From Takakia lepidozioides (lineage: Eukaryota > Plantae > Bryophyta), in assembly GCA_030704615.1 (NCBI GenBank), contig CM060733.1, positions 24,304,001-24,368,000 of the forward strand: DNA of 64,000 nt, written 5' to 3'. The position numbers were made by a program, and so were the translations under genes. Position 1 is the first letter of the stretch; every line of letters begins with the position of its first letter. Under the pieces are notes generated by a model. It was not told the DNA's origin. It did not search any database and worked only from the letters and a program-made list of their open reading frames with translations. Positions 52,023-64,000 of this stretch are shown here, piece after piece.

Positions 52023-53199
52023 GTATAGTTGCTCATACATCAGCATGCTGACATGACGCTCACGCCACGTCAGCGTGTGTGCAAGCTCACGCCATTACGT
52101 CGTTGAAGGAGGTGCAAGGAGGACGAGCCCGATCGTTGACAGAGAGAGCAAAAAACGGCTAAGTCCCTACTCTCCTCACCGCAACTTGCGGAACGATCTA
52201 CATCGCGCCCTTCCCTGAATCTCTTTTCTCTACTCTTTTTATCTTTTTCTATGCTTCATCAAAGCGTTTTAGTAATGACAATCTCCATGTTCTTGAATAG
52301 TTATATGTTTTGTGATAGTTTTATTTATATGTTATCATCAACATCATTAAAATTATCCATCTATATACTCATATTGTTAGTCTTTGCCAATTCGTGAGCT
52401 TTCGATTCTAAATCGATCCAATTAGAAGAATTGTGCATGTTAGTTGGAAGTTCAAATTTAAATTTTCTACGAATTAATGAAATTGAAGAATCATGAGCGA
52501 TATATGCATCATACTATGTTTGATATTGTTTTTTTTTTTAATTCTTCGTCTCCTACAAAAGGATGAAAAAGTACTAGTTGTTCCCTATAATAGTTTTCTG
52601 GATCTCGATGCATATTATAATGACCATATCGAACAATATGAGACTTTTGATCGTGGTTTAATATATTTTTCAAATTAAAATTTGTCACAAACCCAACAAG
52701 CTTAAATATTTTAATGAATATGGTTGTTCTATGTATTTGTCAATTACAAATGAACATTTAAATGTCCATGGAATCTTTATGATAATTTTTGTAATTCTTT
52801 ATTTGGTTTTTAATACAATGGCCCATTCTTTCATTGGTGGCGTATTTATGAACTTGAATGTTCAAGATGCATGGTATGAAGGTATTGACAATACAATATA
52901 AGCAGCCCAAGTTTGCACACATCACGTCGGTCACATCACGTCGGGTCGCGTCAAGACCGGCCGTTCAATGTGACCTACATCACGTCAGTTTTAGGGATAT
53001 ATTAGCAAATATATAGGGCAGGTTAAAAAGTGTCACTTCATCAGGCACGTCGTGTTCTGACAAACACGGGGCACATCGGCGGCAACTGCCAGAAATTGGC
53101 TGTCGGGCCTCGGCTGTAATTTTAAAAATAATAAATAAACAAAGAATGTGTGACTGTCCAAAAAATGTTGATAGCCTGTAAATTTTAAAATCAATAAAT

Positions 53200-53935
53200 G
53201 TATATGGCCGCCGAAAATTGGTGATCATAGCAATTTATTCAACTTTAAAATAATTTGATTTTTTAAATATAAAAAAACTGCGACCACCGAATTATGGCGG
53301 TGGTTTTTAATTTAGTTTTTTTAAGTACGATCGCCGAATTTTGGCAGTCCTACCAATTTATTTTACAATAAATCAATTTAAAAAAACTATATTTAAATTA
53401 CATTATTATTAAATTTAAAAAATAACAGACAAATTATGGCAATCACTTATAAATTTGTTTAAATAAAATAGTTACGACAAAAATAAAATTGATGGTTGCA
53501 TCGAATTATTTTTTAATTGAATAAAAATAATACTATTATTTTATAAATATATTATTGTTTCATTTCAGTGGTCGTTTTTAATTGTTGTATTAAAAACAGG
53601 TGTGATCGCCGAGATTTGGCGGTCATTTATTTTTAGAAGCGACCGCCAAGATTCAGCGGTCGCAGATATTATTTTAAGCTCTTAAGAATATCATTTAGAA
53701 AATTTAAATAAAAACTGCGATCATCGAATTCTGGGCTTGTTTTTTTCTTAAAACAATTGGTGTGACCACCAAAATTCGGCGATCGCAACTACTTTAGAAA
53801 AAAAAAAATATGAATGACTGCTGAATTTTGTTGGTCGCTGCTAATTTTTATTCTAAAAAATAGGTGTGACCATCAGAATTCAGCGTTTTTGGAAATAAAA
53901 AGAATGTACGACCGCCAAAAACTCAGCGATCACAC
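53200..53935. repeat. Array of ~12 imperfect 27-bp palindromes, consensus TGCGACCGCCGAATTTTGGCGGTCGCA, AT-rich spacers
   Basis: e.g. 53279, 53326, 53601, 53638, 53761, 53906. Confidence 0.88.
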
Positions 53936-55199
53936 CGAATTAAAAATAAATAAAAATAGATGCGACAATATATCTTCTAATATAAAATAAAATATAGTCA
54001 ATTTTACCTCGACTGTCACACAATGAAGCAATAATTGGCATATTTTTAAATCGTCGGCGTAAATACAAATTATTTCCATATTTATCTGGAAATGTTTGTG
54101 TTTACAATATTTTCACATCTCTACTTCTGTTCTCACTACAATCTATGTGGAATTATTACAGTTTAGGAGATGGATCCACCACGAGCTTGTCCTACATAGA
54201 CAATGGGAGAAGTGCAACTAACTCCTACATCTAACTCTCTTCCATGAAGATGTTGTATCCCCAATTCATAGTTCATTCGTCTTCAAACTTGCATGACATA
54301 TGATTGTAAGTCTTGAAGGCGATATTGACAACAAAACCGTATAGGACATGCAAAATCACCGTCATTTGATATTCCTCGTCGATAGTGTACCCATAGTCGA
54401 GCCCTGTCAAATTCACCTTTATGCAATGATTATGTCATATCATGTGGTACTTCCAAACCTTATCTTGACCTACATATGATTCCAATTTCCAAGAATGAGA
54501 ACATATAGTCTTCACATGAGATAGAAGCAACAAAAAAAAAATTGCAAGAGAAAAATTCAAATATGATTCAAAGAGGATTGCAAGAGGAAGATTGAAATAT
54601 GATTGTTGTGAGGAATCAAGATTGAAAGACGATTGCAAAAGAATAGATAATGAACAATGATGTGCAATAACATGAATGCCAAAGTATCAGAACCTTAAGG
54701 ACTACAGGCAATGTCATAATAACTATGGAAGTAATGTATGAATACATCTTTTTTATACAATCTAGGATGTATACGCACCCATATAGAACGTCTCCATAGT
54801 GACAATCTCTATTTCATCGAGATTACATGTGTGACATGTCACCGAGGCCCTAATGTTATACAGATTATATACTGTTATACACATAAACTGGGGATCTATT
54901 ATGTGAGTTTTGCACAATCTTCTAAAGACCTCGTTATTGTCTGACCGTTCGTCCATAGTGGACATGTTTATTTGCAGTTTCACAACCAGGGTATGAATCT
55001 AGATATGACGTGACGTTGACATGTCAGCGTTACGTCGAATATCACGTCGAGTCACGTCCGAAGCGAACGTTACCATGTGTAATTAATTTTTATTTTCTAT
55101 CTTTACTATTGATTATTTATCTTGGATACCGAGATGGCGGCCCCGCTGGACTAATCATGTGAATAAAAATATTGTATTGAAAAAACTAAAAGTAAATAT

Positions 55200-55895
55200 A
55201 TATGGAGCCGTCAATATTGGCGGTCGCAGATCTTTTTAAAAAAGAGAAACACATGCGATCGCATATTAGCGGTCGCACGGATTAACAAAATAGCAAAAGA
55301 TGAATGCGTGCGACCACCAATATAAGCGGTCCTATGTTTTTTTTTTTTTTCAAAATGCTTGCAACCGCCAATATTGACAATCGCACATTTTTTATTTTCT
55401 TTAAATGTGTGGCATACATTAAAGAAAAAACAACAACAATAATTTTTTATTTATTTTTAATTCGTATGACCATATTGGCGGTTGTACACATTTTATGAAA
55501 AAAAAAAATACAATCATCAATATTAGCGATATCACTCATTAATTTTTTCTAAAGAAAAATTGTTGTTGTTTTTTTTTTAATGCGTACGACCGTCAATATT
55601 GGCTGTCGCACATATCTCAAAAAATAATAAAAACATCAACAATGTTTTTTTCTTTAAAAAAAAATGAAAGCGTGCGACTGTCAATATTGGCGGTCGCACA
55701 AATTAATTTATTTAAAAAAATAAATTATTGTTGATTTTTTGTTTAATACGGAGTACAACCGTCAATATTGATGGTCGCGGGTATTTTTAAAAAGATTAAA
55801 AAAAAACATGTAACCGCCAATATTGATGGTCGCACGCATTAATTTTTTTTTTAAACTAAAAAAATATGCGACCGCCAATATTGGCAGTCGTACGC
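55200..55895. repeat. Array of 11 palindromes, 26-bp consensus TGCGACCGYCAATATTGRCGGTCGCA, AT-rich spacers of variable length
   Basis: Copies near 55205, 55254, 55309, 55360, 55465, 55510, 55585, 55673, 55754, 55809, 55867. Confidence 0.92.
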
Positions 55896-56149
55896 ATTAA
55901 CACAACAAACTAAAACAATACAAATATAAATAAACGTGACAAAATTGTGCAAGTACAAAAGGAGATTATGAACCCCTATCTTTTGCAATTATCTTTGAAT
56001 CCAATAGCCTGTACAAACCTCGACAATTGTTTGTTCTGGTAGGCAGGGTACTATACCTTTGGAAAGGTTTGATAAACAGAATCCGCACGCTTAAACTTTT
56101 CCCCTCAAGAGTTGTGCCTCTTTTTGTATGACTCGACCATAAATCCCAT

Positions 56150-56830
56150 GAATTTTTTGTCAACGTCCGGTGTTTTCGATTGTCACTTACTAGTGTGGTT
56201 GAAACTATTCACTAATTTTTTTAGCATTTTATCGAGGTCGCCCAACTGAACAAAATGTAAAACTTTCATTTCCTTCCAACCTTCTAATAATATTTCTCAT
56301 TTACAAGCATCTCTCCATCTTCAAATATACACCCCGAGTCATCCGCAAATGACATAAACAAGGGTTTGTCACAGTAGAAGATATAGAAATCAGCACCCTC
56401 ATCATTTTCAGGCTCAGCATTTACGTGACTACGAAATTGTCCCCAATTTTTAGGACAGAGACATGACTTTCTTCATCTCTTCCAATTCCCACTCACTTTT
56501 ATTCTCATCTATCTCACCCACCACATTTCTCATAACACATGTGTTCATTGGTTCCAAAGCTTGAAGCCTTCACTTTCAAGTGTGGGCAGTATTCACACAC
56601 TTTTTTCAGTCATAGTCCAAACAAAACGCACAGAAACAAGACAAGTTCCTAACCTGAAGCTTTCTAGAATCCCTGGCATTGATGGCCATAATGCAATGTA
56701 ATTTCCTACTTCCAGCCACGGTTTTGCAATCCCACGAAGCTCTACAATCAACATCTGTCTTGCCAATATGCCAAAATTTCATTTTCAATGGTTTCTTATG
56801 TTTGGCATATGAGGTTGCAGGTTTGTCACT
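56150..56830 (-). pseudogene. Decayed transposase-like C-terminal region (possibly Sola-like)
   Basis: FWHIGK...WDCKTVAGSRKLHCI...RNLSCFCAFCLD..KKCVN then acidic stretch and IGDNFVV...ADFYIFYC; family assigned from recalled motif similarity only. Confidence 0.4.
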
Positions 56831-58485
56831 TTGGGAAGGGGCGTTTTGGGTCTCCTACCCCCCCTGCGACTGAACACTCTACTACATGGGCTTCCCGTGT
56901 GGCGGAGGGATCGAGCCGTCGAGTCTCGACGGTCCGTGGTTTGGTCGTCAACCCGTCGACATGTTCCTATGGCTGCAAGGCGCTCCGCCGCCAGCTCCCG
57001 GGACTCGTTCGTCGCGCGACGTTCCTGCTCCCGGAGGTGGTTGTCTACGTCCGTCACCTGCTGCTGGAACGTCATAAGTCCGCAAACACCGTCAAAGGGT
57101 TTGTCAGCGTTTCCCCTATGGACGAGCACCTCCGTTTGATGGCTGTCAGCCGCGTCTCGTGGCCTGTAAGCGTCGCTCGTGTTTATCTCGCGATGCCTTA
57201 GAAATGACGTCAACTCCTTGAAAGCTGATTCCAAAAGTTCATAACCTATCCATTAATTCTTCACACAGCGAGTGTAGACACAGGTAATGTCTGCAAAGAA
57301 GTCATCTATTTAATAACTAAGGGGAGATCAGATAATGTTGAAAGCGAGATATATGTTATGATTATGAAGGAAAGAGATATGTTATGATTGCATAAAGTCA
57401 TGACAATAAACTCTACGAACTTACACTCCCTCTCCAGATTGGTCACTTGTCGTCATTATCGATGATCTACAAGTACATTTGGTCATCCCTAGTGGAGCAT
57501 TCATAGTAGTCAAGACTTGCTGCGATAGCTGTATTCTCCTTATGATTGGAGCGTAGGGAACGTCTGATCTTCTTTCCCTGATAAAAACAGATAAATGGAA
57601 CGAGGTTCCTCTCAAACTTGTCACGCAAGTATATTTTGGGATTTCATTCCTTGTTGAGTGTGAGGGTCGACTCATGTTGATCAAGCGTAACAACATAGGT
57701 ACTAATTTTTTTGAGCAAAACCATAGAGACAAAGAGTGGGTCATCTTCTTAAAAATGGAATCTGTCTACTCGCTCGGATCATCACGAAGTTTTTTTCACG
57801 AAATCATATATGGAGCTACTAATCTTTCTTCTAACCCATTCAATTCTGTAACAGGGTCAATGGTTTTGTTTAATACGATATTTATAGATACAAGATATTT
57901 AGACATATTGCCATTTGTTACTGCAATTTTACAACTACAACATAACATCAATGATATATTATTTTCAATTTGAAGTTCAAAAAAATTATACTTAAATAAA
58001 TTTTATTGCAAATATTTTGTAAGTTAAGTTGTTTTCTAAATCACAATCAATGACAACAATAACATGGATGAAATTGAGTATCAAGTAATTTATCTATGTG
58101 TTGAGTTTTTTAGTCTCGTTTGATGTTAATAGAATTTAGAAGAGATATATGACATACAAACGTATGTTATATAACAAAAGATAAATTCTCTATGATATCT
58201 GGGAAGTGTTTAAATATTGGTATGTGAGAGTTGATCAGTTTTATAACAAGTTTTGCTTTTAATTGATAAGTCTAAAGTAAGAATAAATTTGGGTAAAGGT
58301 CAAATTCAAATCTGTGAATTTTATTTCAAATACTTTAGATATATCTTTGAGTGTAGAAGTTGGCATTCCAGTCATTATTTGATCATGCATTGGCAACCAA
58401 TGAAACCATGTTGGTTTTTGTTTTTGTTGCATGCGTACGATTTTGGATCGATTTTTGTTTTATTTGATATGGATTCAACTAATGG

Positions 58486-59114
58486 TCATAACAAATTCGA
58501 GCTCTGAAATTGGTGAGAAACAGTAGCATGTGTCGTTTGTGATTGATATTGATGCTCATGAATAATAGATGTGAATTGTTTGTATGATCTATGTATGGTA
58601 GCGACAGAAGCCAAATTGAAACTCTTGGAGACAATGGGTTCATAGTGACCACTCCGTGTTGAACATATATCATCATACATAATCTGTAACGGATTATGTG
58701 AAGAAAATTGATCCTCTGCAAAAAATATAATATGTTTGTTCACGCGAGACCATACGTGTATTGGAATTTGTAGATAATTTGTTAAACATACGATGGCACG
58801 ATCGTCACCTTCCAAACCTCTATTTGTAGCACTAATAGCCATTTTTTGAGTAAATCTATGCACAGAATGAACGCCATGCAATTCATAGAAAGCTTTTTTA
58901 GAGTAATGTATTTGAATTTTATCAGTCATATCATTGCCTTAAGTTTGCAAAGTTTGCAAAGTTTACAAAAAATGAGCCATGTTGTCACGACGTAAGGATA
59001 TAAAGGTTTGTGCATAATGTAATAAATATACAATACAATATAACGAACAACATATTCATAATTTTGTATACATCGAAGGTGCTGACTATATCTGTAACCA
59101 TAAATAAAATACAT
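58486..59114 (-). pseudogene. OTU-like cysteine protease remnant
   Basis: IYG...QHLR; EGDDRAIVCLTNYLQIPIHVWS...LQIMY...GHYEPI matches the OTU C-terminal layout; catalytic Cys motif not seen. Confidence 0.55.
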
Positions 59115-59409
59115 ACTATTGATTAGATCAGTGAACGAAAATGTTAGATTGAAATAGTTTAAAATTGTTTAAAGTTTTATTTGGAATTAAATCATTTGAT
59201 ATGAAGTAAAAAATTGAACTTCAAGATAATATATTGATATTATCCAATCCATGTTATCTGCATGAGTGACGTCAAGTCGCGTCAGACCTAACGCTGGCGC
59301 GGCCTGCATCACGACAGTTTTAGGTATCGGTAATGTAATTTTCGAGGGTGATAAAAGTGTGAAACGTAACTTGGAAGTGTTTTTTTTAATAAAATTGAGT
59401 TTTAATAAT

Positions 59410-59612
59410 TTGAAAAGACGGTCCCAATTATTTTATTTTATTATAAAATAAAAATTATGACCGCCATAGTTGACGGTCCTAATGTCTTTTAAAATTTTAA
59501 TTTATTTTTTAAATTAGAATCAGGACGGCCTTTCGGTCCTTATTTGTTTTTATTTTGTTAATAAAATCAAGACCGCCAGCAACTAGTACACAATCGCCCA
59601 AAGGTCATCCGG

Positions 59613-59652
<40 letters not shown>

Positions 59653-59700
59653 GTGATCGCCCTATGGTCGTTCGAACAACATCATGTAGGCCGTCACGGC
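59410..59700. repeat. Weaker GACCG/CGGTC palindrome array
   Basis: tgaccgccatagttgacggtcct, aggacggcctttcggtcct, gtgatcgccctatggtcg in AT-rich context. Confidence 0.6.
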
Positions 59701-60740
59701 GACAATGTGGTAGATATGATCGCGTAAAAGTAATAATTACTTTCTCTGTCAATTTTTTTTCTAAAGTAATTTCTCCTTTGTCGTGCACCTAAATATCGTG
59801 CCACGATATTTGTCGCTGCCCAACCACACTTCCTAGCATATATTCCTAGAAAGCTATGCCACAAGCATCCCGAGGCCTCTTTCGCCGCCATAGTCTAGTA
59901 ATTGAGATAGAGTGTGGGTGAGGTTTGTATGGTGGAATCATTTAGCAAAGGTGTCATTGGCTTGACTTATATAAAGTAATAGAGTGGGTACATATCTTTT
60001 CACAACTTTTATCACTATAAGAATATGAGCCTTCTTGAGCCTTACCTGGAGATAAGTCTCTCCACGTCCAAGTGAGAATAATCACCTTACTTGACACATG
60101 GAACCAAATGAAGTGATCCCAATGCCAGCAAAATATAAATATATAAATGTATAAAGTCCTAATTAGCTAGAAATAACTATTTCTAACTAATCATGACTAA
60201 AATCATGACACATTTATCAAACTTGAGCTTGGAACACACAGATTGCAAATTCTCTAAACAAACATACATACCTATAACAAATGTATGAGCATGAGCAAAA
60301 GCAAGTGCAAAAGTAAACCGACTTACAAAGGTGCAAACAAAATAAGCAAACTAGCGAAAATAAAATAGAAATAATGTTGGGATGTAGAGATTTATACTTA
60401 CAGATTGCTTGATGGGATAACTATGTGATGTTGGAATGAGTTGTCTTTAGTGTGTCGTACAAAAGTTATGCAACGCCCGCAAAAATTCAAAATGAAGAAG
60501 AAAAAGACGAACAAAAAAGCGACGCGGCGATGTTGGGATATTAGAGTTTGCTAGCTAGGTAAAGACAAAAAATTAAAACCCTAACTTGATATAACTTATA
60601 ATTAATGATGATGAGATTTGAACTTTGGATACATTTTGTCACAACGAAATAAGGCTATATGAACTAACCACAAGAGCAATCATAATTAACAACATGGGCT
60701 TAACTCAACTTCCAAACTACCGCCTGAAGATGACACCTCA

Positions 60741-62200
60741 ATGTCTCTATACCTGTCGCATTCATTCGCCTTCCAACACACACTAGAGGGGCTGCATCTG
60801 GGAGATGAGCTGCTCCGAGATAATGCCCACTCCATCTTGACCAATGCCCACTCCATCTTGACCAAACGCGCATCAAGCGATGTGCACAACTCGCAGTCGA
60901 ATCACCATGCTAGGAAGAAAAAGAGAAGAAGCGAGGTTGACTCCCCACAAACACAAATTACATACCCGTTTCATCTTTGGCTAGGGTACCCCACTATGGA
61001 GAGCCTCGCGCAAGATTCTAACGCTCCACTCATACGGGATCATAGGACTATCAACGATCTATTGCATCTTGGAATTTCAGAGGCCGAATGCGAGGATATT
61101 CTTAAATACCCCAAGGCTTTTCCCACGACCCCCAAATTCTCTACCCATCAACGCGACCAGATAATAAGCCCCTTAGCTCCCGAAATTTGCAGACGTCAAC
61201 ACAACAATGACATTCTCGAAGGGCTACCATGTATTTATAAGAGTTGAGAAGGTACAGGAGATGAAATGCACGGAGATTATAGCAAAGACAAATGTCAACT
61301 TCTCATATATAGGGATACCTCTCGGCGAAGAGATCCTTCACCATGTGTTAGCGTTCAGCCACATGAAAACCCCACGATGTGGTACTTATCAAAGTGTGTC
61401 TTAAACACCCTAAAAGATGGTATCGATTTATTGCTTGGTAACCGAGCTTTCATTCTCACCATAACTAACGGAAATCCAATCCAAGGAAAAATCAATAAAA
61501 GCTTTGAAACAAAGAGCACATGAAACAGGTTGTCGCTACATCTCGATGGCTCCACCATGATAGGACCGTGGAACATAGATTGCGGCAAAAGTCATCTATG
61601 AAGCATACAATGTCGGGGTAGACATCGAAATATTACACGTTGGCAAGATCAAAATGGAGTCTGACTTTGGGTTCTTCTTCACAGCCTCGGAAGGAACATG
61701 CGCTCTCTATCTCACTTACGGACTAAGACACAAACATGAGATACTCGAAACGTCCGAAAGGTTCCAAAGTTTAAGTGATCAAAGATATCTCACCTAAGAT
61801 ACTCAAAGCAGAACGAAAGGCCTTCACAATTATTGTTAGACACCTCAGAATTAATACATCGCAGAAGGACATTTGCAATGCCATGAGAGAATTGATAGGA
61901 AATGACAACAATGCGAGCACTTTCTTCAGTACCAATGGCTCCCTGTCACGAAACACGTAGATGCATGTTGATATACTCATTGTAACATGCAAAAATGCAA
62001 CCGTCTATAACCTCTGATACAACCAGCCTCACGTGTCATTTATGGGACGGTTTATCAATTTCACTGCACACCCAAGAAGCCTGCACGGCAAAACACCGGT
62101 GGACCCAGAAATTCTTAAACGACTACAAGTGACAGACATCAACAAAGCTTTCGCCAACACAGTTGAAACGATCCAATCTTAGAGATCTTATACCAACTTG
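60741..62200 (+). pseudogene. Long decayed ORF, possibly LINE ORF1-like with an RRM-like segment
   Basis: Collinear ORF pieces 60741..61247, 61266..61523, 61775..61960; FTIIVRHLRINTSQKDICNAMRELIG resembles RRM beta1-alpha1. Confidence 0.35.
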
Positions 62201-62225
62201 ATCTTTCAAAATATCTCCGCTCTAA

Positions 62226-62698
62226 GAGCATCTCCAACGCGTCTACTCCAACGGACGCACCGACGCTGGTTTGACGCGGATAATTTCAGTAACGCCAATC
62301 ACTGCCTCCAGCCAGCACCTCCAGCTCCATGGCCTCGCTCAACGCTAACCCCAAGTTACCCGCACTTTTTGGGTCCCACCAATCCCACGTGTCATTCTCA
62401 GCTCCATCTTCCATCTCTCCTCTACCCCTCAGCTCACACCTACGTGCCCTTCCTAACCCCCTCTCCCACCTCCCGCCACCATGATTGATTTCAAAATCCA
62501 AAAAGATAATAAACTAAGGTCAAAGAGAGGCATATAGAAGGACGAGTTCGTCCCTGGACCTTTCAGGGAGAGGGGGGAAATATGGACGTGTCCCGCCAAA
62601 TGAATGACGTTGGTGGGTCTGCGACGGGGAGCGCTGCTGGCCGTCGGCCGCGCCAACAGTGGTTGGCGCGTTCATTTGGGGGTGCGGTGGAGATGGTC
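62226..62698. mobile_element. Tourist-like (PIF/Harbinger) MITE
   Basis: TIR GAGCATCTCCAAC vs reverse complement of right end GACCATCTCCACC (11/13); TAA on both sides. Confidence 0.85.
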
Positions 62699-63309
62699 TA
62701 AGCATGATCAAATTCCATATAGACATCACAATGGAAATTCGTTTATTTGTTTGTTTTTTGGTGAATATGGGACAAAAGCCTTGAAAAATAGATGGATTGC
62801 AATTTCACTTTGCCACCATATTTGATGAGTCATAACTAAAAAATTAATTCTTTTGGTATTTCTTTAAGAAAAGTCAGGTGTTTCTCTTTTAAGGAAAAAT
62901 AAATAAATAAATCTACATTCAAATTCCATAATCAGAAATAGCAGTATGCCACAATTAAACCACTAAACGATCTGTTTCGGGTTGCGATGTTTTTCATCCA
63001 AGTTATAATTTCCATGGACGAATTCGGATGAAAGTAGTTCCCATGGTTAAACCAAATTTTGCGATACAATTTTCATTTGGGTTCTAAATTGTGTGTCATT
63101 TTTTATTGATATGATTTTCTCAAATTGCCATGATGAATTCTACCGAGATTTCGTGATAATGTTATAGTCAATTTGCATGGCCTAATGCTGGCGCGACATT
63201 GGTCGCGTTAGGTTTATGGTTTTTATTACTTAAAAAAATATAGGTAAAAATGCCACTCTAGCAGCCACGTCGCAGACACGGTGGCGGTGGCAGGTAACTA
63301 ATGAAAAAA

Positions 63310-64000
63310 TAAATATTCGACCGTCGGTCGCATATAATTCATGAATACGAAAAGTAGGTGTGACCGCCAGAAATGGGCGGTCGCACGTATTTAAAATATA
63401 TATATATATATATATGCAACTGCAAATACTGACGGTCGCATGTAATTAAAAAATGAAACAAATGCATGCACCCACCACTTGCGTGTGGCCACGACTTTAG
63501 TGGTTTTTAAAAAAATATTACATGCAACCGCCAAAATTCGGTAGTCGCTTGTATTTCATAATAAATCAAATAGAAGCTACCGCCGAATTTCGACGATCGT
63601 TATTTTATTTTATTTCATATTGGATGAGATCATAGTGAGCGCAAGCGCCTCAGAGAATGGAACAATGTATCCCAAGGCCATGACACCTGTGTGGAGTAAA
63701 GGCTATTAATTGGATAACTGTAGCATGCCTTTTTACAGAAAATTCCACATGAAAGGTATATGACATCCTCAAGTGGTTAGGTAAAGCATCCCAACGAGAC
63801 TGGTTTTTGTAGAATTCAACATATGCTAGCAACCAAAAAGATCAAATAGCAGCGCCCGCCGAATTTCGGATGTCGTTCTTTTTTTTTCCCTTTGGCCTTT
63901 GCTTATATTTCATTAAAAAAATACAAAAACCAGCAACCGCCGAATTTGGCAGTCGTTTGTATTTAGGAAAAAACAATTAATACTTACGACCGTAGAATTT
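63310..64000. repeat. Palindrome array (GCGACCGCCGAATTT..GCGGTCGC family), runs off window end
   Basis: 63359 tgtgaccgccagaaatgggcggtcgca, 63523, 63576, 63852, 63933, 63985. Confidence 0.85.

Noticed and set aside
53200-55895. CRISPR array
   Set aside because: Eukaryotic context, no cas genes, degenerate repeats, low-complexity A/T spacers of irregular length
59860-59900. Helitron 3' end (CTAG|T)
   Set aside because: No convincing GC hairpin upstream, and orientation is opposite to the helicase
60013-60027. CACTA terminal repeat (CACTATAAGAA)
   Set aside because: No matching partner TIR or TSD found
60608-60682. tRNA gene on minus strand
   Set aside because: Only loose A/B-box similarity and no cloverleaf; at most a SINE relic

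Overview
Eukaryotic nuclear DNA from a land plant, most likely a non-seed plant (bryophyte/lycophyte-type, intronless PLS/DYW PPR genes); the species cannot be fixed from sequence alone. Three zones. (1) 1-14.1 kb is transposon-rich: the 3' end of a Ty3/Gypsy (Athila/Tat-like) LTR element with a ~1100-codon extra ORF, PPT and 3' LTR, then a palindrome array, a TIR MITE, tandem repeats, a PPR remnant and a 5'-truncated L1-type LINE. (2) 16.9-47 kb is a compact gene island: FAP1-like CHI-fold gene, proteasome beta-7 (PBG1), twin-CX9C CHCH gene, a PLS-PPR gene whose DYW domain has decayed, an SDR pseudogene, a B3 fragment, a DUF89 damage-control phosphatase, mTERF and an intact PLS-DYW editing factor. 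(3) 48.5-64 kb is an AT-rich, decayed multi-gene mobile region: PIF1 helicase followed by an APE-like endonuclease (Helentron-like), a captured intron-containing TadA fragment, OTU-like and transposase-like remnants, hAT and Tourist MITEs, and repeated modules of an ACGT-rich island plus an array of 26-27 bp GC-rich palindromes with variable AT-rich spacers. These palindrome arrays and the modular element around them are the most unusual signal. All exon structures and family assignments were made by eye, not by database search.
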